From: an uncultured virus (IMG/VR IMGVR_UViG_3300022916_001241)
Taxonomy: Duplodnaviria > Heunggongvirae > Uroviricota > Caudoviricetes
Direction: 5' to 3' (one strand)
DNA length: 57,163 nucleotides
IMG/VR virus record: IMGVR_UViG_3300022916_001241
Shown in pieces: positions 40,125 through 49,668 of this stretch. How positions within the stretch are numbered: the first letter of the stretch is position 1; each line of letters begins with the position of its first letter. The notes under the pieces are model-generated. The model was not told where the DNA came from. It saw nothing but the letters and a program-made list of their open reading frames with translations, and ran no database searches. Both the position numbers and the translations under genes were made by a program.

Positions 40125-41216
40125 TTACCCCCCAAAACTATTAAACAAGCCATGCGGCTTACTTTCAACAATACTAGATGCACTAACCTTAACAAACGTA
40201 GACTTAATCTGAAATGCCCTAATGTTATCAACACCAACATACGATAACGAACTCTTTAAGCCATCACATATACTATTAACAATATGATCAACATTGCCCT
40301 TGTATGGTAATCTCATAGAAGCTCCCTCAACATTGCTATCTGATTCCCCACGCTCAGCTTTTGCAGCATACGACGCTGAACCAGAATAAGTCTTATACTT
40401 TTTCTCATTAGGCCACATTCCCTCTTTAATAATTATACCTGGAGATTCCATGGTTGCTGCCAACAAACCTCCAAGCATACAAACATCAGAGCCAAGAGCA
40501 ATTGCCTTACAAACATCGCCAGGAATTCTTATACCACCATCAGCAATTACTTTTATACCAAACTCATCAGCAGCCCATGAACAATTGCTAATTGCTGTAA
40601 CTTGAGGAACACCAATACCAGCCATCAACCTAGTAGTACATCCAGAACCTGGGCCAATGCCACAACGAACACTATCAACACCCCATTTAGCTAAATCCCT
40701 AACTGCTTCAGAAGTACAAACTGCACCGCCCATAATATGAACCGGCCTTGATAAATTATTTTTAATATATTTTAACGCAATTTTAGATAAAACATGATGA
40801 CCATGAGCAACATCCAAATTAATCAAATCAACTCCCGCATCAACTAAAGCAGCCATTCTTTCTTTATATTCATATTCATTAACACCAATAGCAGCACCAA
40901 CATAACAATTAATATTTCCAATAGCATTATCCCTACACAAAATATCCTTAGCATCCTTAACCATTTTTACCTGTTCATCAATAGTGCAAAATCTATGTAT
41001 AATACCAATGCCACCTAACCTTGCCATAGCGACTGCCATATCAACTTCGCAGACACTTTTCATAGGACTAGCAATAATGGGAACATTCAGTTTAATGCCA
41101 ACACCCAAATCAACAGACAAGTCAACATTAGCTCTCGTTTTTATATCTGAATATTTTGGAATAATTGAAACATCATCAAAAGTTAAACCATCTTCAACAA
41201 CACAAACACTTTTCAT
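40125..41216 (-). CDS. guaB: IMP dehydrogenase/GMP reductase family protein without CBS domains
   Basis: LTFDDV, GGIGIIHR, DVAHGH, GIGPGSGCTTR, IADGGI, VEG. Confidence 0.9.
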   Translation of the reverse strand: MKSVCVVEDGLTFDDVSIIPKYSDIKTRANVDLSVDLGVGIKLNVPIIASPMKSVCEVDMAVAMARLGGIGIIHRFCTIDEQVKMVKDAKDILCRDNAIGNINCYVGAAIGVNEYEYKERMAALVDAGVDLINLDVAHGHHVLSKIALKYIKNNLSRPVHIMGGAVCTSEAVRDLAKWGVDSVRCGIGPGSGCTTRLMAGIGVPQVTAISNCSWAADEFGIKVIADGGIRIPGDVCKAIALGSDVCMLGGLLAATMESPGIIIKEGMWPNEKKYKTYSGSASYAAKAERGESDSNVEGASMRLPYKGNVDHIVNSICDGLKSSLSYVGVDNIRAFQIKSTFVKVSASSIVESKPHGLFNSFGG

Positions 41217-41292
41217 ATTCATTAATTAAAAGTCCTTTTTTAATATGTTAACAGTTATATATAGCTTAGCAAACATTACAATATTTATAAAA

Positions 41293-41610
41293 TCATTTCT
41301 TTTTCTTTCTATTAGTTACCCTCTTCCTTGGCTTACTTTCTTGCCTCTTTTTTTTCTTTGGTTTATTTTCCTCTAAAAATGATTCTTTGTACACCAATGG
41401 TAGCCAACTTAAAAAAACATTACACTTGACCATTCTCTTTATTCGCCACTTCTCAGAAAATTTTTGACTCTTATCACAACAATAAGATATACAACACCTA
41501 GTATTAGTTTTTTGACCTAAATGGTTGCAATAAAGAAAGCAATGTTTTACTTCGTCACTATCCAACAAATCATTTATTTCATATTTTTTATCATTATTTA
41601 AATCAGACAA
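41293..41610 (-). CDS. hypothetical Cys-containing basic protein
   Basis: ORF; TTG start after a G-rich RBS. Confidence 0.6.
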   Translation of the reverse strand: MSDLNNDKKYEINDLLDSDEVKHCFLYCNHLGQKTNTRCCISYCCDKSQKFSEKWRIKRMVKCNVFLSWLPLVYKESFLEENKPKKKKRQESKPRKRVTNRKKKK

Positions 41611-41631
41611 TATTAACTTCCCCCATTCAAA

Positions 41632-42813
41632 TTATTTACTATAAAAATTCCTACAATTGTTAAGTTTATGACATCTAAGATTCATAAGAATATCTTTACA
41701 CTTAGTTCCACGATCATGATATTCCACCGGAAGCTTTACCATCATAACACTTTTTAAGCAACAATCAAAAGCTTTTTTACAAACATTCTGACCGTCAGCA
41801 TTAACAACAGACAAAAACTTATCAGAATCAATAACAAACCTAGACATATACTCAAACATAGAAACAAGCTTCCCAGGCTTCATTTCAAAAAACTTTCCAA
41901 CCCTCATATGATGCCTCGCACAAAACGTTGCCATCCTAGAATATTCTACACCTACCTTAAACTTATCACAAAAAGCCATAACGACACTACTAAAAACACC
42001 TTCGCTATCATGACGGTAATGGCAAGGATAATTATTAGAGTCAGTAACAAGCTTACCAAAATCATGAACCAAAGCTCCAAACCTAGCCACACTATCCTTA
42101 ACAGTACCATCAACCACTTGCATAGTATGACTAAAAAGATCTCCCTCTGGATGGTGTTCAATTGGGCCTGCGGGGATAATTTTCATTTTAACAATCTCAC
42201 TAAAATGAACATCGAGCACACCACATTCATCAAGGACAGTAAAAAACCTACTCGGCATTTCGCAATTAAGCGCCTTGCAAAGTTCGGCAAAAACACGCTC
42301 AGTCGGGAGGTGAGAAAGCTCACGCTTCATGCCTTCGCAGAGCTTTTTGGTTTTGTCACAAACAACAAACTCAGGAAACTTAGCAGCAAATCTTGCAAGC
42401 CTATAAACCCTCAAAGGGTCTTCACAAAAAGCATCAGATACATGACGAAGAACACCACTTTTAATATCTTCATAAGCACCATCAACATAAACCACTTCGC
42501 CAGTTTCAACATCTCTTGCAATTGCGTTAATCGTAAGATCCCTTCTCATCAAATCCTCTTCAATGGTTACAGTAGGTTCATAATCAACATCAAACCCACA
42601 ATGACCAACACCAATCTTTCTTTCAATCCTTGCAAAAGCATATTCATCACCATCAACAATAAAAACAGGAAAAGATTTACCAACCAACTCAGCTTCAGGA
42701 TATTTATCCTTAAACTCAGCAACAGTAGCGCCAACTACAACATAATCAAAATCCTTGGCCTCTATACCAAGAACCTCATCTCTAATGCTACCACCTACTT
42801 GATATATCTTCAT
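41632..42813 (-). CDS. cca: multifunctional CCA tRNA nucleotidyltransferase with HD domain
   Basis: YQVGGSIRD, DFDYVV, EDLMRRDLTINA, EDPLRVYR.ARF, ERVFAE, HHPEGD..SHT, HDFGK. Confidence 0.93.
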   Translation of the reverse strand: MKIYQVGGSIRDEVLGIEAKDFDYVVVGATVAEFKDKYPEAELVGKSFPVFIVDGDEYAFARIERKIGVGHCGFDVDYEPTVTIEEDLMRRDLTINAIARDVETGEVVYVDGAYEDIKSGVLRHVSDAFCEDPLRVYRLARFAAKFPEFVVCDKTKKLCEGMKRELSHLPTERVFAELCKALNCEMPSRFFTVLDECGVLDVHFSEIVKMKIIPAGPIEHHPEGDLFSHTMQVVDGTVKDSVARFGALVHDFGKLVTDSNNYPCHYRHDSEGVFSSVVMAFCDKFKVGVEYSRMATFCARHHMRVGKFFEMKPGKLVSMFEYMSRFVIDSDKFLSVVNADGQNVCKKAFDCCLKSVMMVKLPVEYHDRGTKCKDILMNLRCHKLNNCRNFYSK

Positions 42814-42847
42814 TAAAAAGCCCCCTTCCTTCATTGTCAACAAAGAC

Positions 42848-42879
42848 ACTATAACATATTAAACAACATCTGTTAACCA
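42848..42879 (-). promoter_or_regulatory. conserved promoter TTAACA-N17-TATAGT
   Basis: minus strand tggTTAACAgatgttgtttaatatgtTATAGT. Confidence 0.8.
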
Positions 42880-42898
42880 TAATAGCTATTTTTTTTAA

Positions 42899-43474
42899 TT
42901 AAATTGCCTTAATGTTATCTTCAAGAACATCAAAATAATTACACCTAAAAACAGACTTACCCATAATACTTTTAACGGCAATATCAAAAGGAAAGCTAAC
43001 ATAATAAAAAAACTTATCTATCTTTGCATCATAATAACAATAATCATTCATAAAGAAAAGCCTTTGAGTTAAAATATCACGATTTATTTTACGGCAAACT
43101 TCTCCAACACCATCCAAAAACTCTAAATCAACAAAATATTTATCGAAACTATCAAGACTCAACCCACATACATTTTCATATCTTAAGTCATCATCAATTT
43201 CACCATCACAATCCTGATTACTGACAATCGCTAACCCATCATAAACTATACAATCAGACAAACAATTATTTTCTACATATTTCTTGTCATACTCTTCAAA
43301 ACTTAAACGATTGTCATTACACATAAATTCATATACTTTAGTCCAAACAACATTACCAAGCTTTAAACCATTATTATAATTCTCAATAAACCTATCTATA
43401 ATATGTCTCTTAAGCACAACTTGATCATCATATATAACATTCTTAAATTTATCCAAAAAACTCCCTCTTAACAA
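42899..43474 (-). CDS. hypothetical protein
   Basis: ORF tiling. Confidence 0.6.
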   Translation of the reverse strand: MLRGSFLDKFKNVIYDDQVVLKRHIIDRFIENYNNGLKLGNVVWTKVYEFMCNDNRLSFEEYDKKYVENNCLSDCIVYDGLAIVSNQDCDGEIDDDLRYENVCGLSLDSFDKYFVDLEFLDGVGEVCRKINRDILTQRLFFMNDYCYYDAKIDKFFYYVSFPFDIAVKSIMGKSVFRCNYFDVLEDNIKAI

Positions 43475-44213
43475 TATTCTGCATTACCATTATTTTTTTA
43501 TCACTCCATTTCCAAGACTCCCCAATTCCAGAATATTCTTTCATCGCCTTGACCCTAGAACCCTTATCATAATAGCCAACAATCAAATCAATACAATCAG
43601 GAAAAAACTTCATTAAATGTTCTCTTGCAGTTTGAACTATTTGAATCCACCTTTTCTTATTATCGACAACATCACCAAGTTGATTATACCATACCATATC
43701 TATTTCATCTGGCTCATTTCCAAACTCAGCATGACCAATTGAAGGTGGGACTTTCTTCCAAAATTCTTTCCATGGTCTACCCTTCAAATTATTTTTATTC
43801 TTGTCAGAACAATAAGGTAAAAATCCTTGATGAGTAAAACTATCCATATATGTATGAAAATACCTGCCCAACAATAACTGATTATATAAATCATGATCGA
43901 TATTCATTCGATCATCAGAAATAAGCTTACAAATATCTTTTATATGACATGTAATAATATCAGGAAAATGAAACTTCTTCCAAATTATTGTTCTTGGATC
44001 AGGATAATCAGAACTCTTCCACCAATCAAAATCATAACACTGTGTCGAAACCATTTTCTTCGCAGACGAACCAATATGCTGTTGCAATTTTCTTGGAGTC
44101 ATTTCATCAATTGCCTGATTTGCCCAAGCAACATTTTTTATTGCTTTCTCAGATAAACCTAGCTCTTTGCACATACAAGCACAAAAATAATAATGTGAAT
44201 CATAACTAGCCAT
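43449..44213 (-). CDS. DUF6765-like His-rich putative metal-dependent hydrolase
   Basis: HYY, ANQAID, FHF, LG.YFHTYMDSFTHQGF, IGHAE..NEPD. Confidence 0.6.
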   Translation of the reverse strand: MASYDSHYYFCACMCKELGLSEKAIKNVAWANQAIDEMTPRKLQQHIGSSAKKMVSTQCYDFDWWKSSDYPDPRTIIWKKFHFPDIITCHIKDICKLISDDRMNIDHDLYNQLLLGRYFHTYMDSFTHQGFLPYCSDKNKNNLKGRPWKEFWKKVPPSIGHAEFGNEPDEIDMVWYNQLGDVVDNKKRWIQIVQTAREHLMKFFPDCIDLIVGYYDKGSRVKAMKEYSGIGESWKWSDKKIMVMQNIVKREFFG

Positions 44214-44862
44214 TTGTCTCCTCCATATTAATTTCTTTTATACCATCAAAACTATAATCAGTTCGCTCAAGAAAAGAAGATCCAGAAAAACCAAGCTTTA
44301 TATCTTCATTATTATTCCCACTTAATCTAAGAACCAACTCATAATACCTATTAAATCCTTTAATATATTTATTACCATTTAAACGATATCGATCTTTTAA
44401 TATGAAAAAATTATCATGACTACATCTCTCAAAAGAGTATGAACATTCGCCAATATAACAAACTTTAACAATACCAAAAAAATTATTAATAAATTTATTT
44501 TTATTACTATCAATAAAGTCTATTTTATTATAACAAAAGTTATCAACCCAATAAATTTTACCACTTTCCAAATAAACTAAATTATCAAATATTTCAGATA
44601 TATATTTATCATCAAGTACTCTACAAACAATAGAAAATATAACACACACAAACATAAAAATGCAACAAAAAATAACCATTAGATAATAAAGGGAAGGGAG
44701 ACTGCTTATGCTTAAACAAACAGCAGACAACACAAGACAAATAGCAGGTAAAGCAAATACAACAAAATAAGCATCATTTCCATAAATAGAACAAAACAAC
44801 ATTTTATAAATATAACTTAACTTTTTAAAATCAAGCTTAAATTGTTTAAAAAAATTAATCAT
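44206..44862 (-). CDS. two-TM protein with C-terminal KOW/SH3-like repeat-family domain
   Basis: two hydrophobic helices; GKIYWV...FFGIVKV. Confidence 0.6.
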   Translation of the reverse strand: MINFFKQFKLDFKKLSYIYKMLFCSIYGNDAYFVVFALPAICLVLSAVCLSISSLPSLYYLMVIFCCIFMFVCVIFSIVCRVLDDKYISEIFDNLVYLESGKIYWVDNFCYNKIDFIDSNKNKFINNFFGIVKVCYIGECSYSFERCSHDNFFILKDRYRLNGNKYIKGFNRYYELVLRLSGNNNEDIKLGFSGSSFLERTDYSFDGIKEINMEETNG

Positions 44863-45517
44863 GATTTTCTACTATATAAAATTTATCAAAACTACCTACA
44901 AAATGATTTAAATACAACATTTTATTATCAGTAAAAACATAAAAAGATAACTCTAAAAACATATCATCAATAAACCTATTATTAATTCCGTTAAAACCTT
45001 TCTTACTTTCACTAAAAAACACAATGTCATTATTACTATATAATTTAGAGTTTTTAAAATCAATCTTAATCAGCCCATTATATTGTCTATTTTTAACATT
45101 ATTATCTAAATAATCATACGCATTTAATCGACAAGAAAAATGATAAGGACCACTATCTTTAAAATATTTTTTAGCAATATAATCAACATCAAACATAAAT
45201 GGCTCCATCTTAAATGATACAAAAAATAAATTATTATCTTCAATTGAAAAATAATTATTCCAATTTCTTATAATGTTATCAATAGAATGAAATTTAAAAA
45301 AATCAAACAATAAATATAATACAGATGATATTGAATATGAAATAACAATAAAACCACAAGAATAAACATTAAATGCCAAAAAAAACAAAGCAAAAATATT
45401 AAACAATATAAAATTAAGTATAAACATATAAAAGAACGCAGATTGATTATAATTAATAATCTTTATCCTCTGATATAAACTTAACTTTTTACACTTACCT
45501 TTATTGTTAATAACCAT
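44855..45517 (-). CDS. two-TM protein with C-terminal repeat-family domain
   Basis: two hydrophobic helices; YNGLIKI. Confidence 0.6.
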   Translation of the reverse strand: MVINNKGKCKKLSLYQRIKIINYNQSAFFYMFILNFILFNIFALFFLAFNVYSCGFIVISYSISSVLYLLFDFFKFHSIDNIIRNWNNYFSIEDNNLFFVSFKMEPFMFDVDYIAKKYFKDSGPYHFSCRLNAYDYLDNNVKNRQYNGLIKIDFKNSKLYSNNDIVFFSESKKGFNGINNRFIDDMFLELSFYVFTDNKMLYLNHFVGSFDKFYIVENHD

Positions 45518-45520
45518 TTG

Positions 45521-45838
45521 TTATCCTATTTTATATAATATCTCATGTTCCGATATGGAGTGGAACACCCCGTTAGATAAATAAACTTCATATGTAATAA
45601 AGTTTAATTCTGGACTTTCAAAATCATATTTGTCAGCGCCTAAATATAATTCAACATAATTAATAATTGCAACACCAACAAATGAATTCTCATTAAAATC
45701 ATTTTTATATTGATCAATATTATTATTATATAAATAAATTTCATAATAATTAGATTCTTCAAGGGCACACTTAACCCACACAACATCACCAATTTTATAG
45801 TTTGGAACTATGTTAAGTTTTTTATTTTTATCAGCCAT
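45521..45838 (-). CDS. small KOW/SH3-like protein
   Basis: YKIGDVVWV...FVGVAII...EHEILYKI. Confidence 0.6.
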   Translation of the reverse strand: MADKNKKLNIVPNYKIGDVVWVKCALEESNYYEIYLYNNNIDQYKNDFNENSFVGVAIINYVELYLGADKYDFESPELNFITYEVYLSNGVFHSISEHEILYKIG

Positions 45839-46115
45839 TTTTCTTTACCAATGATAAACAATCACAATCATGATCAAAAAGAAACACAATAGATGTATTG
45901 TCTTCTATTCCTATAAAATTCCAAGAATCTCTTTTTGCATTATAATTAATTTTAACTTTGACATAAACATCTGCATTATTTTTATTAAACGAGCCATTAA
46001 AGCCAACAACAATACCAAACTTATCTTTAACTTTGTTGGCAATATATAAGTTCATTAAATGACTTTTTACTACATTAGCCTCACCAATCCAAACTACATC
46101 TCCAACATCAAACAT
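45831..46115 (-). CDS. small KOW/SH3-like protein
   Basis: FDVGDVVWI...FGIVVG. Confidence 0.6.
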   Translation of the reverse strand: MFDVGDVVWIGEANVVKSHLMNLYIANKVKDKFGIVVGFNGSFNKNNADVYVKVKINYNAKRDSWNFIGIEDNTSIVFLFDHDCDCLSLVKKNG

Positions 46116-46659
46116 AATGTTCCATTACCTTGTCAATTGATATCGGTTTAAAATCACTAACATCAACGCCAACATTAAGAACACCATTATGAAACTTAAA
46201 TAAATTATGGATATGACCACAAACACAATTGTATCCCATCTGTTTACCAACAACACAAACAGCAGGATCATGAACCATAAATAAATTATATTTTTCTAAA
46301 ACATAAGATGTATGAACAGATGCAAAGCCACAGTCAACATATGCAAAAGGCCTCATCCTATCATGATTGCCAAGTATTAAATGTTTTTGTCCCTTAAGTT
46401 TATTGCAATAAGAAGAAATGACCTCTCTATTATTTGACATAGAAAAATCACCAAGAATGAAAACAATATCATCATCAGCAACTATTGAATTGTAATTGTC
46501 AATCATAGCTGAGTCCATTTGATGTCGATTTTTAAATGGCCTATTGCAAAACTTTATAATGTTCTCATGGCCAAAATGAAAATCTGACGTGAGGTATGTT
46601 TTCTTATCAACAATCAACTTCTTTTCTCCAATCCCACTTTCTCTGTCCCTTCTTGTCAT
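46108..46659 (-). CDS. calcineurin-like metallophosphoesterase
   Basis: TSDFHFGH, LGDFS, LGNHD, GHIH, NVGVD; exact start uncertain. Confidence 0.9.
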   Translation of the reverse strand: MTRRDRESGIGEKKLIVDKKTYLTSDFHFGHENIIKFCNRPFKNRHQMDSAMIDNYNSIVADDDIVFILGDFSMSNNREVISSYCNKLKGQKHLILGNHDRMRPFAYVDCGFASVHTSYVLEKYNLFMVHDPAVCVVGKQMGYNCVCGHIHNLFKFHNGVLNVGVDVSDFKPISIDKVMEHYV

Positions 46660-46831
46660 ATGCCTTCTTCTTTTTGTTTGGAACACTCCTCTCTTTAAAA
46701 CGACCATCAAAAAAACCATCGTTAACCATTTGATCACGCATGATCTTTTTGTAATTCATATAAGCATTGTCTTTCTTGTTGCCTTTCATTTTCTTGTTAC
46801 CTTTTTTTCTTTTTTTCTTGTTTTTGCCCAT
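46607..46831 (-). CDS. small basic protein
   Basis: MGKNKKK...GFFDGRFKERSVPNKKKK. Confidence 0.6.
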   Translation of the reverse strand: MGKNKKKRKKGNKKMKGNKKDNAYMNYKKIMRDQMVNDGFFDGRFKERSVPNKKKKAYDKKGQRKWDWRKEVDC

Positions 46832-46844
46832 TATATTATAAACC

Positions 46845-47255
46845 CTAAATCCTAATAATATCCACACCATCATTCGTCGTAAAAACAACCTTATTTACAC
46901 CAACAAACCTAAGAGCCGCCATACACATAGGACAAGGCTTGCTCATACGAAGATGATCGTCCTTGTCGAGCCTAACAACATAAATAGTAGCACCGCTTGT
47001 TTTACCCCTAGAAATGCCAAGTACACAAGCAAGCTCTGCATGAAGTGTTGGCTCACCCTTTACAAACAAATTACGAAATCGACCACCAAAAGAGCAATGA
47101 GAGTTTTTATTATATCCCCTTGAAATTAACGAACCTCCCTTAATAAGAACAGCACCATGTCTAGCCCGAAAAAATCGGTCTGCATTAAATGCTTCTTGTA
47201 TCGCCATTTCCATATAAGAACGATCCTTATTAGACAACGACAAGGGAAGGTTCAT
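46845..47255 (-). CDS. cytidine/deoxycytidylate deaminase-family zinc protein
   Basis: HGAVL, HAE, KPCPMC; AGGAGG RBS. Confidence 0.88.
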   Translation of the reverse strand: MNLPLSLSNKDRSYMEMAIQEAFNADRFFRARHGAVLIKGGSLISRGYNKNSHCSFGGRFRNLFVKGEPTLHAELACVLGISRGKTSGATIYVVRLDKDDHLRMSKPCPMCMAALRFVGVNKVVFTTNDGVDIIRI

Positions 47256-47310
47256 TTTAACTACCTCCTTGTTATCAACACCAAAACACCTACACCACAC
47301 TCTCTTAAAA

Positions 47311-47703
47311 TTAACAACCACCACAATGAGGACAAGGACAAGAATCAGCATTCAGATCCCGAATTACTTCATCATTCTCAAGCTCACTAAGCTCTGCATC
47401 AATTTCATCACGACGGGCAAGAAGATCGGCCTGACGAGTAGCAATAACATCGTCAACAACGTTTCGCTTCTCCTGCTCCACATATGCAGTCTCAAGAACT
47501 CCCAGAGCAAAACCAAGATTACCCTCAAGACCAAGCATCATAGCAATTCCACTAATAGTAACAACCGCCCTATCATAATTATCCCAACCAGGGCGCTTCT
47601 CGGCATAACGACGAGCAACATCATCCATTGTTACGCCAGCCTCACCAAGAAGCTCAGCCATATCCGTAAGACCAAGAACATCATTTCCACCAAAATTAAA
47701 CAT
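47311..47703 (-). CDS. hypothetical protein with C-terminal CPCPHCGGC
   Basis: own promoter and GGAGG RBS; visibly more GC-rich than the flanks. Confidence 0.75.
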   Translation of the reverse strand: MFNFGGNDVLGLTDMAELLGEAGVTMDDVARRYAEKRPGWDNYDRAVVTISGIAMMLGLEGNLGFALGVLETAYVEQEKRNVVDDVIATRQADLLARRDEIDAELSELENDEVIRDLNADSCPCPHCGGC

Positions 47704-47751
47704 GCTAACCTCCATTTCATCAATTAAAACAATTAAAACAATCAATCAACC

Positions 47752-47806
47752 TGTCAACAAGACCCTTATACCATAAACAAGTCCGTTTGTTAACCACTTT
47801 TTGAAA
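47752..47806 (-). promoter_or_regulatory. conserved promoter TTAACA-N17-TATAAG with downstream TTGTTGACA
   Basis: tttcaaaaagtggTTAACAaacggacttgtttatggTATAAGggtcttgttgaca. Confidence 0.85.
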
Positions 47807-47812
47807 TTAACT

Positions 47813-48397
47813 TTATTTTTCATTTAAAGAAAAAACAACACTTGACTTTCCAATACGTTTAACTCTGTTTTTATCCATGTCTACCGTTACCATATAAGGA
47901 TATGTAGTCACCTTGCTTTCCACATAAACTGGCTCAATATTACCATCATCACCAACACACATCACCCATGTAGCATTAGTATTCTGAGACTGATATATTC
48001 CATTAGGCTCAGCCTTGCCAACTGAAGTAAGTGCTCCCCGGCCTCGTCGCTGACCATTATCAGCCATATTAGTAGCAGTAAGTGGATTAGTAAGTGAAGT
48101 ATCATAAGGAATTCCAAACCCAATACTTGGGCAATGATCTTCAATCACACCACTTAAAGACCTCCAAACAGAATATGTTGCAACCTTTTTATTCCTTAAC
48201 TCATATAACTTAACCACAAGATCTCTTTCAAAACTCCATTCAAAAAATGGAATTGGTTGTGCAGCAAGATAATGAGCCTGTTGCTGTTCAACAGCTTCGT
48301 TTTCTTTATTATTAGAATTATTATTAAAGTCTTTGCAGCCAACCATGCCAACCATAACAAAGACAACAACCATAAAATATACAAAAAACCTTCTCAT
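47813..48397 (-). CDS. phage lipoprotein
   Basis: lipobox MVGC; SIGFGIPY..LTNP...AEPNG. Confidence 0.8.
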   Translation of the reverse strand: MRRFFVYFMVVVFVMVGMVGCKDFNNNSNNKENEAVEQQQAHYLAAQPIPFFEWSFERDLVVKLYELRNKKVATYSVWRSLSGVIEDHCPSIGFGIPYDTSLTNPLTATNMADNGQRRGRGALTSVGKAEPNGIYQSQNTNATWVMCVGDDGNIEPVYVESKVTTYPYMVTVDMDKNRVKRIGKSSVVFSLNEK

Positions 48398-48440
48398 AAC
48401 AAAACCTCCATTTTTTTGTTTAAAAATATTATCTCCCGTT

Positions 48441-48494
48441 ATCAACAAGACCCTTATACCACAAACTATCACATTTGTTAACCAGTTTTGAAAA
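48441..48494 (-). promoter_or_regulatory. conserved promoter TTAACA-N17-TATAAG
   Basis: ttttcaaaactggTTAACAaatgtgatagtttgtggTATAAGggtcttgttgat. Confidence 0.85.
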
Positions 48495-48890
48495 TTAATT
48501 ATTAATAATAGAACGAACTCCAATTGGAACCATATCACCAGGAACATTTTTAACCTTAAGTCTCATTTGACTTTTAATAGCAGACATCTGACTATTTAAT
48601 GCATCAACCACAACTTGATTATTTATATTTTTTGCCACGTCAACTTCAAGGCGTCTATATTGTTCCGCAAGTTGTACCAATGCATTTTGTGCTGATTCTT
48701 GATATTGATGAGACTCAACAGCTACCTTTCGCTCAATCTTCTTGTCAATCGGAGCGAATACATATTTATAACCAACACCAATAGCACCAACAATAAAAAC
48801 TAACACAATAATTCCTAAGAAAATTTTAGCTAAAATAACCTTTGCCTCTTTTAAGGTTATCAAATCACTACCTTCACTAAACTCATTCAT
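48495..48890 (-). CDS. single-TM coiled-coil membrane protein
   Basis: TM segment IFLGIIVLVFIVGAIGVGY; GGAGG RBS. Confidence 0.7.
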   Translation of the reverse strand: MNEFSEGSDLITLKEAKVILAKIFLGIIVLVFIVGAIGVGYKYVFAPIDKKIERKVAVESHQYQESAQNALVQLAEQYRRLEVDVAKNINNQVVVDALNSQMSAIKSQMRLKVKNVPGDMVPIGVRSIINN

Positions 48891-49152
48891 CTTGCCCTCC
48901 TGTTTTTTCAATAAACTTTATTTTTTTAAAATCATCACCCCAAACCTGATAATAAAACTCTCTCTTCTTTATTGCGCCACCCATTAAAACATGAAACTTA
49001 ACAAAATTTTGTCCTTTTGTGTTTTGAAAAAAATCATTAATTAAAGCCAAGCCATAATATCTAATTGGATACCCAATATCTGAATTATATATTGATAGCC
49101 CATCAATCCAATAAAAGCCTCTTCCCATATAAAACTGATCAGAATAACTCAT
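48883..49152 (-). CDS. small repeat-family protein
   Basis: GFYWI...YYGLALI. Confidence 0.6.
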   Translation of the reverse strand: MSYSDQFYMGRGFYWIDGLSIYNSDIGYPIRYYGLALINDFFQNTKGQNFVKFHVLMGGAIKKREFYYQVWGDDFKKIKFIEKTGGQDE

Positions 49153-49398
49153 TTAACACTCAACCTTTATTAAATTACCAATAAAACATCTCAGATAACA
49201 TGACCTATCATAACCCAAAACCTTAACCTTAAAAACTACTCGGCCCTTCTTAGCATTACAAACAAAACCTTTAATAAAAACTAAACCTGAATAGTCCTTA
49301 TATTTAATTGACAAAGGAAGAATATCATTAATGTTTAAAAAGTCACTTGTTTGGCTTTGTCTCAAAAAATAAACACCAGGATTAATAGGACATATCAT
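49153..49398 (-). CDS. small repeat-family protein
   Basis: PGVYFL...YSGLVFI. Confidence 0.6.
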   Translation of the reverse strand: MICPINPGVYFLRQSQTSDFLNINDILPLSIKYKDYSGLVFIKGFVCNAKKGRVVFKVKVLGYDRSCYLRCFIGNLIKVEC

Positions 49399-49406
49399 TG
49401 AAACCT

Positions 49407-49634
49407 TTACCCTTTAACCTTTCTATTAACATCATTTTTAATATTGTTCATGTGTACATGCCAATTAATAATATTTTTAACATTAAGAATACCCTCAACT
49501 TGGAGAACAATAGAAATACGATCTGCCACATTAATCTCATTCTGGTTATAATAATCAACGTCACAACCATAGCAATAACTAGAACGACCAATTTTTATAG
49601 GAATATAAACCTTAGAATAAGAATTAGAAGACAT
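49407..49634 (-). CDS. hypothetical protein
   Basis: AGGAGG RBS. Confidence 0.6.
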   Translation of the reverse strand: MSSNSYSKVYIPIKIGRSSYCYGCDVDYYNQNEINVADRISIVLQVEGILNVKNIINWHVHMNNIKNDVNRKVKG

Positions 49635-49668
49635 GATAACCTCCTTTTTTAAAAAACTAGTTTGTCAA

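Noticed and set aside
41908..42816. 302-aa plus-strand ORF and the other plus-strand ORFs
   Set aside because: They are antisense shadows of well-supported minus-strand genes, with no recognisable motifs.
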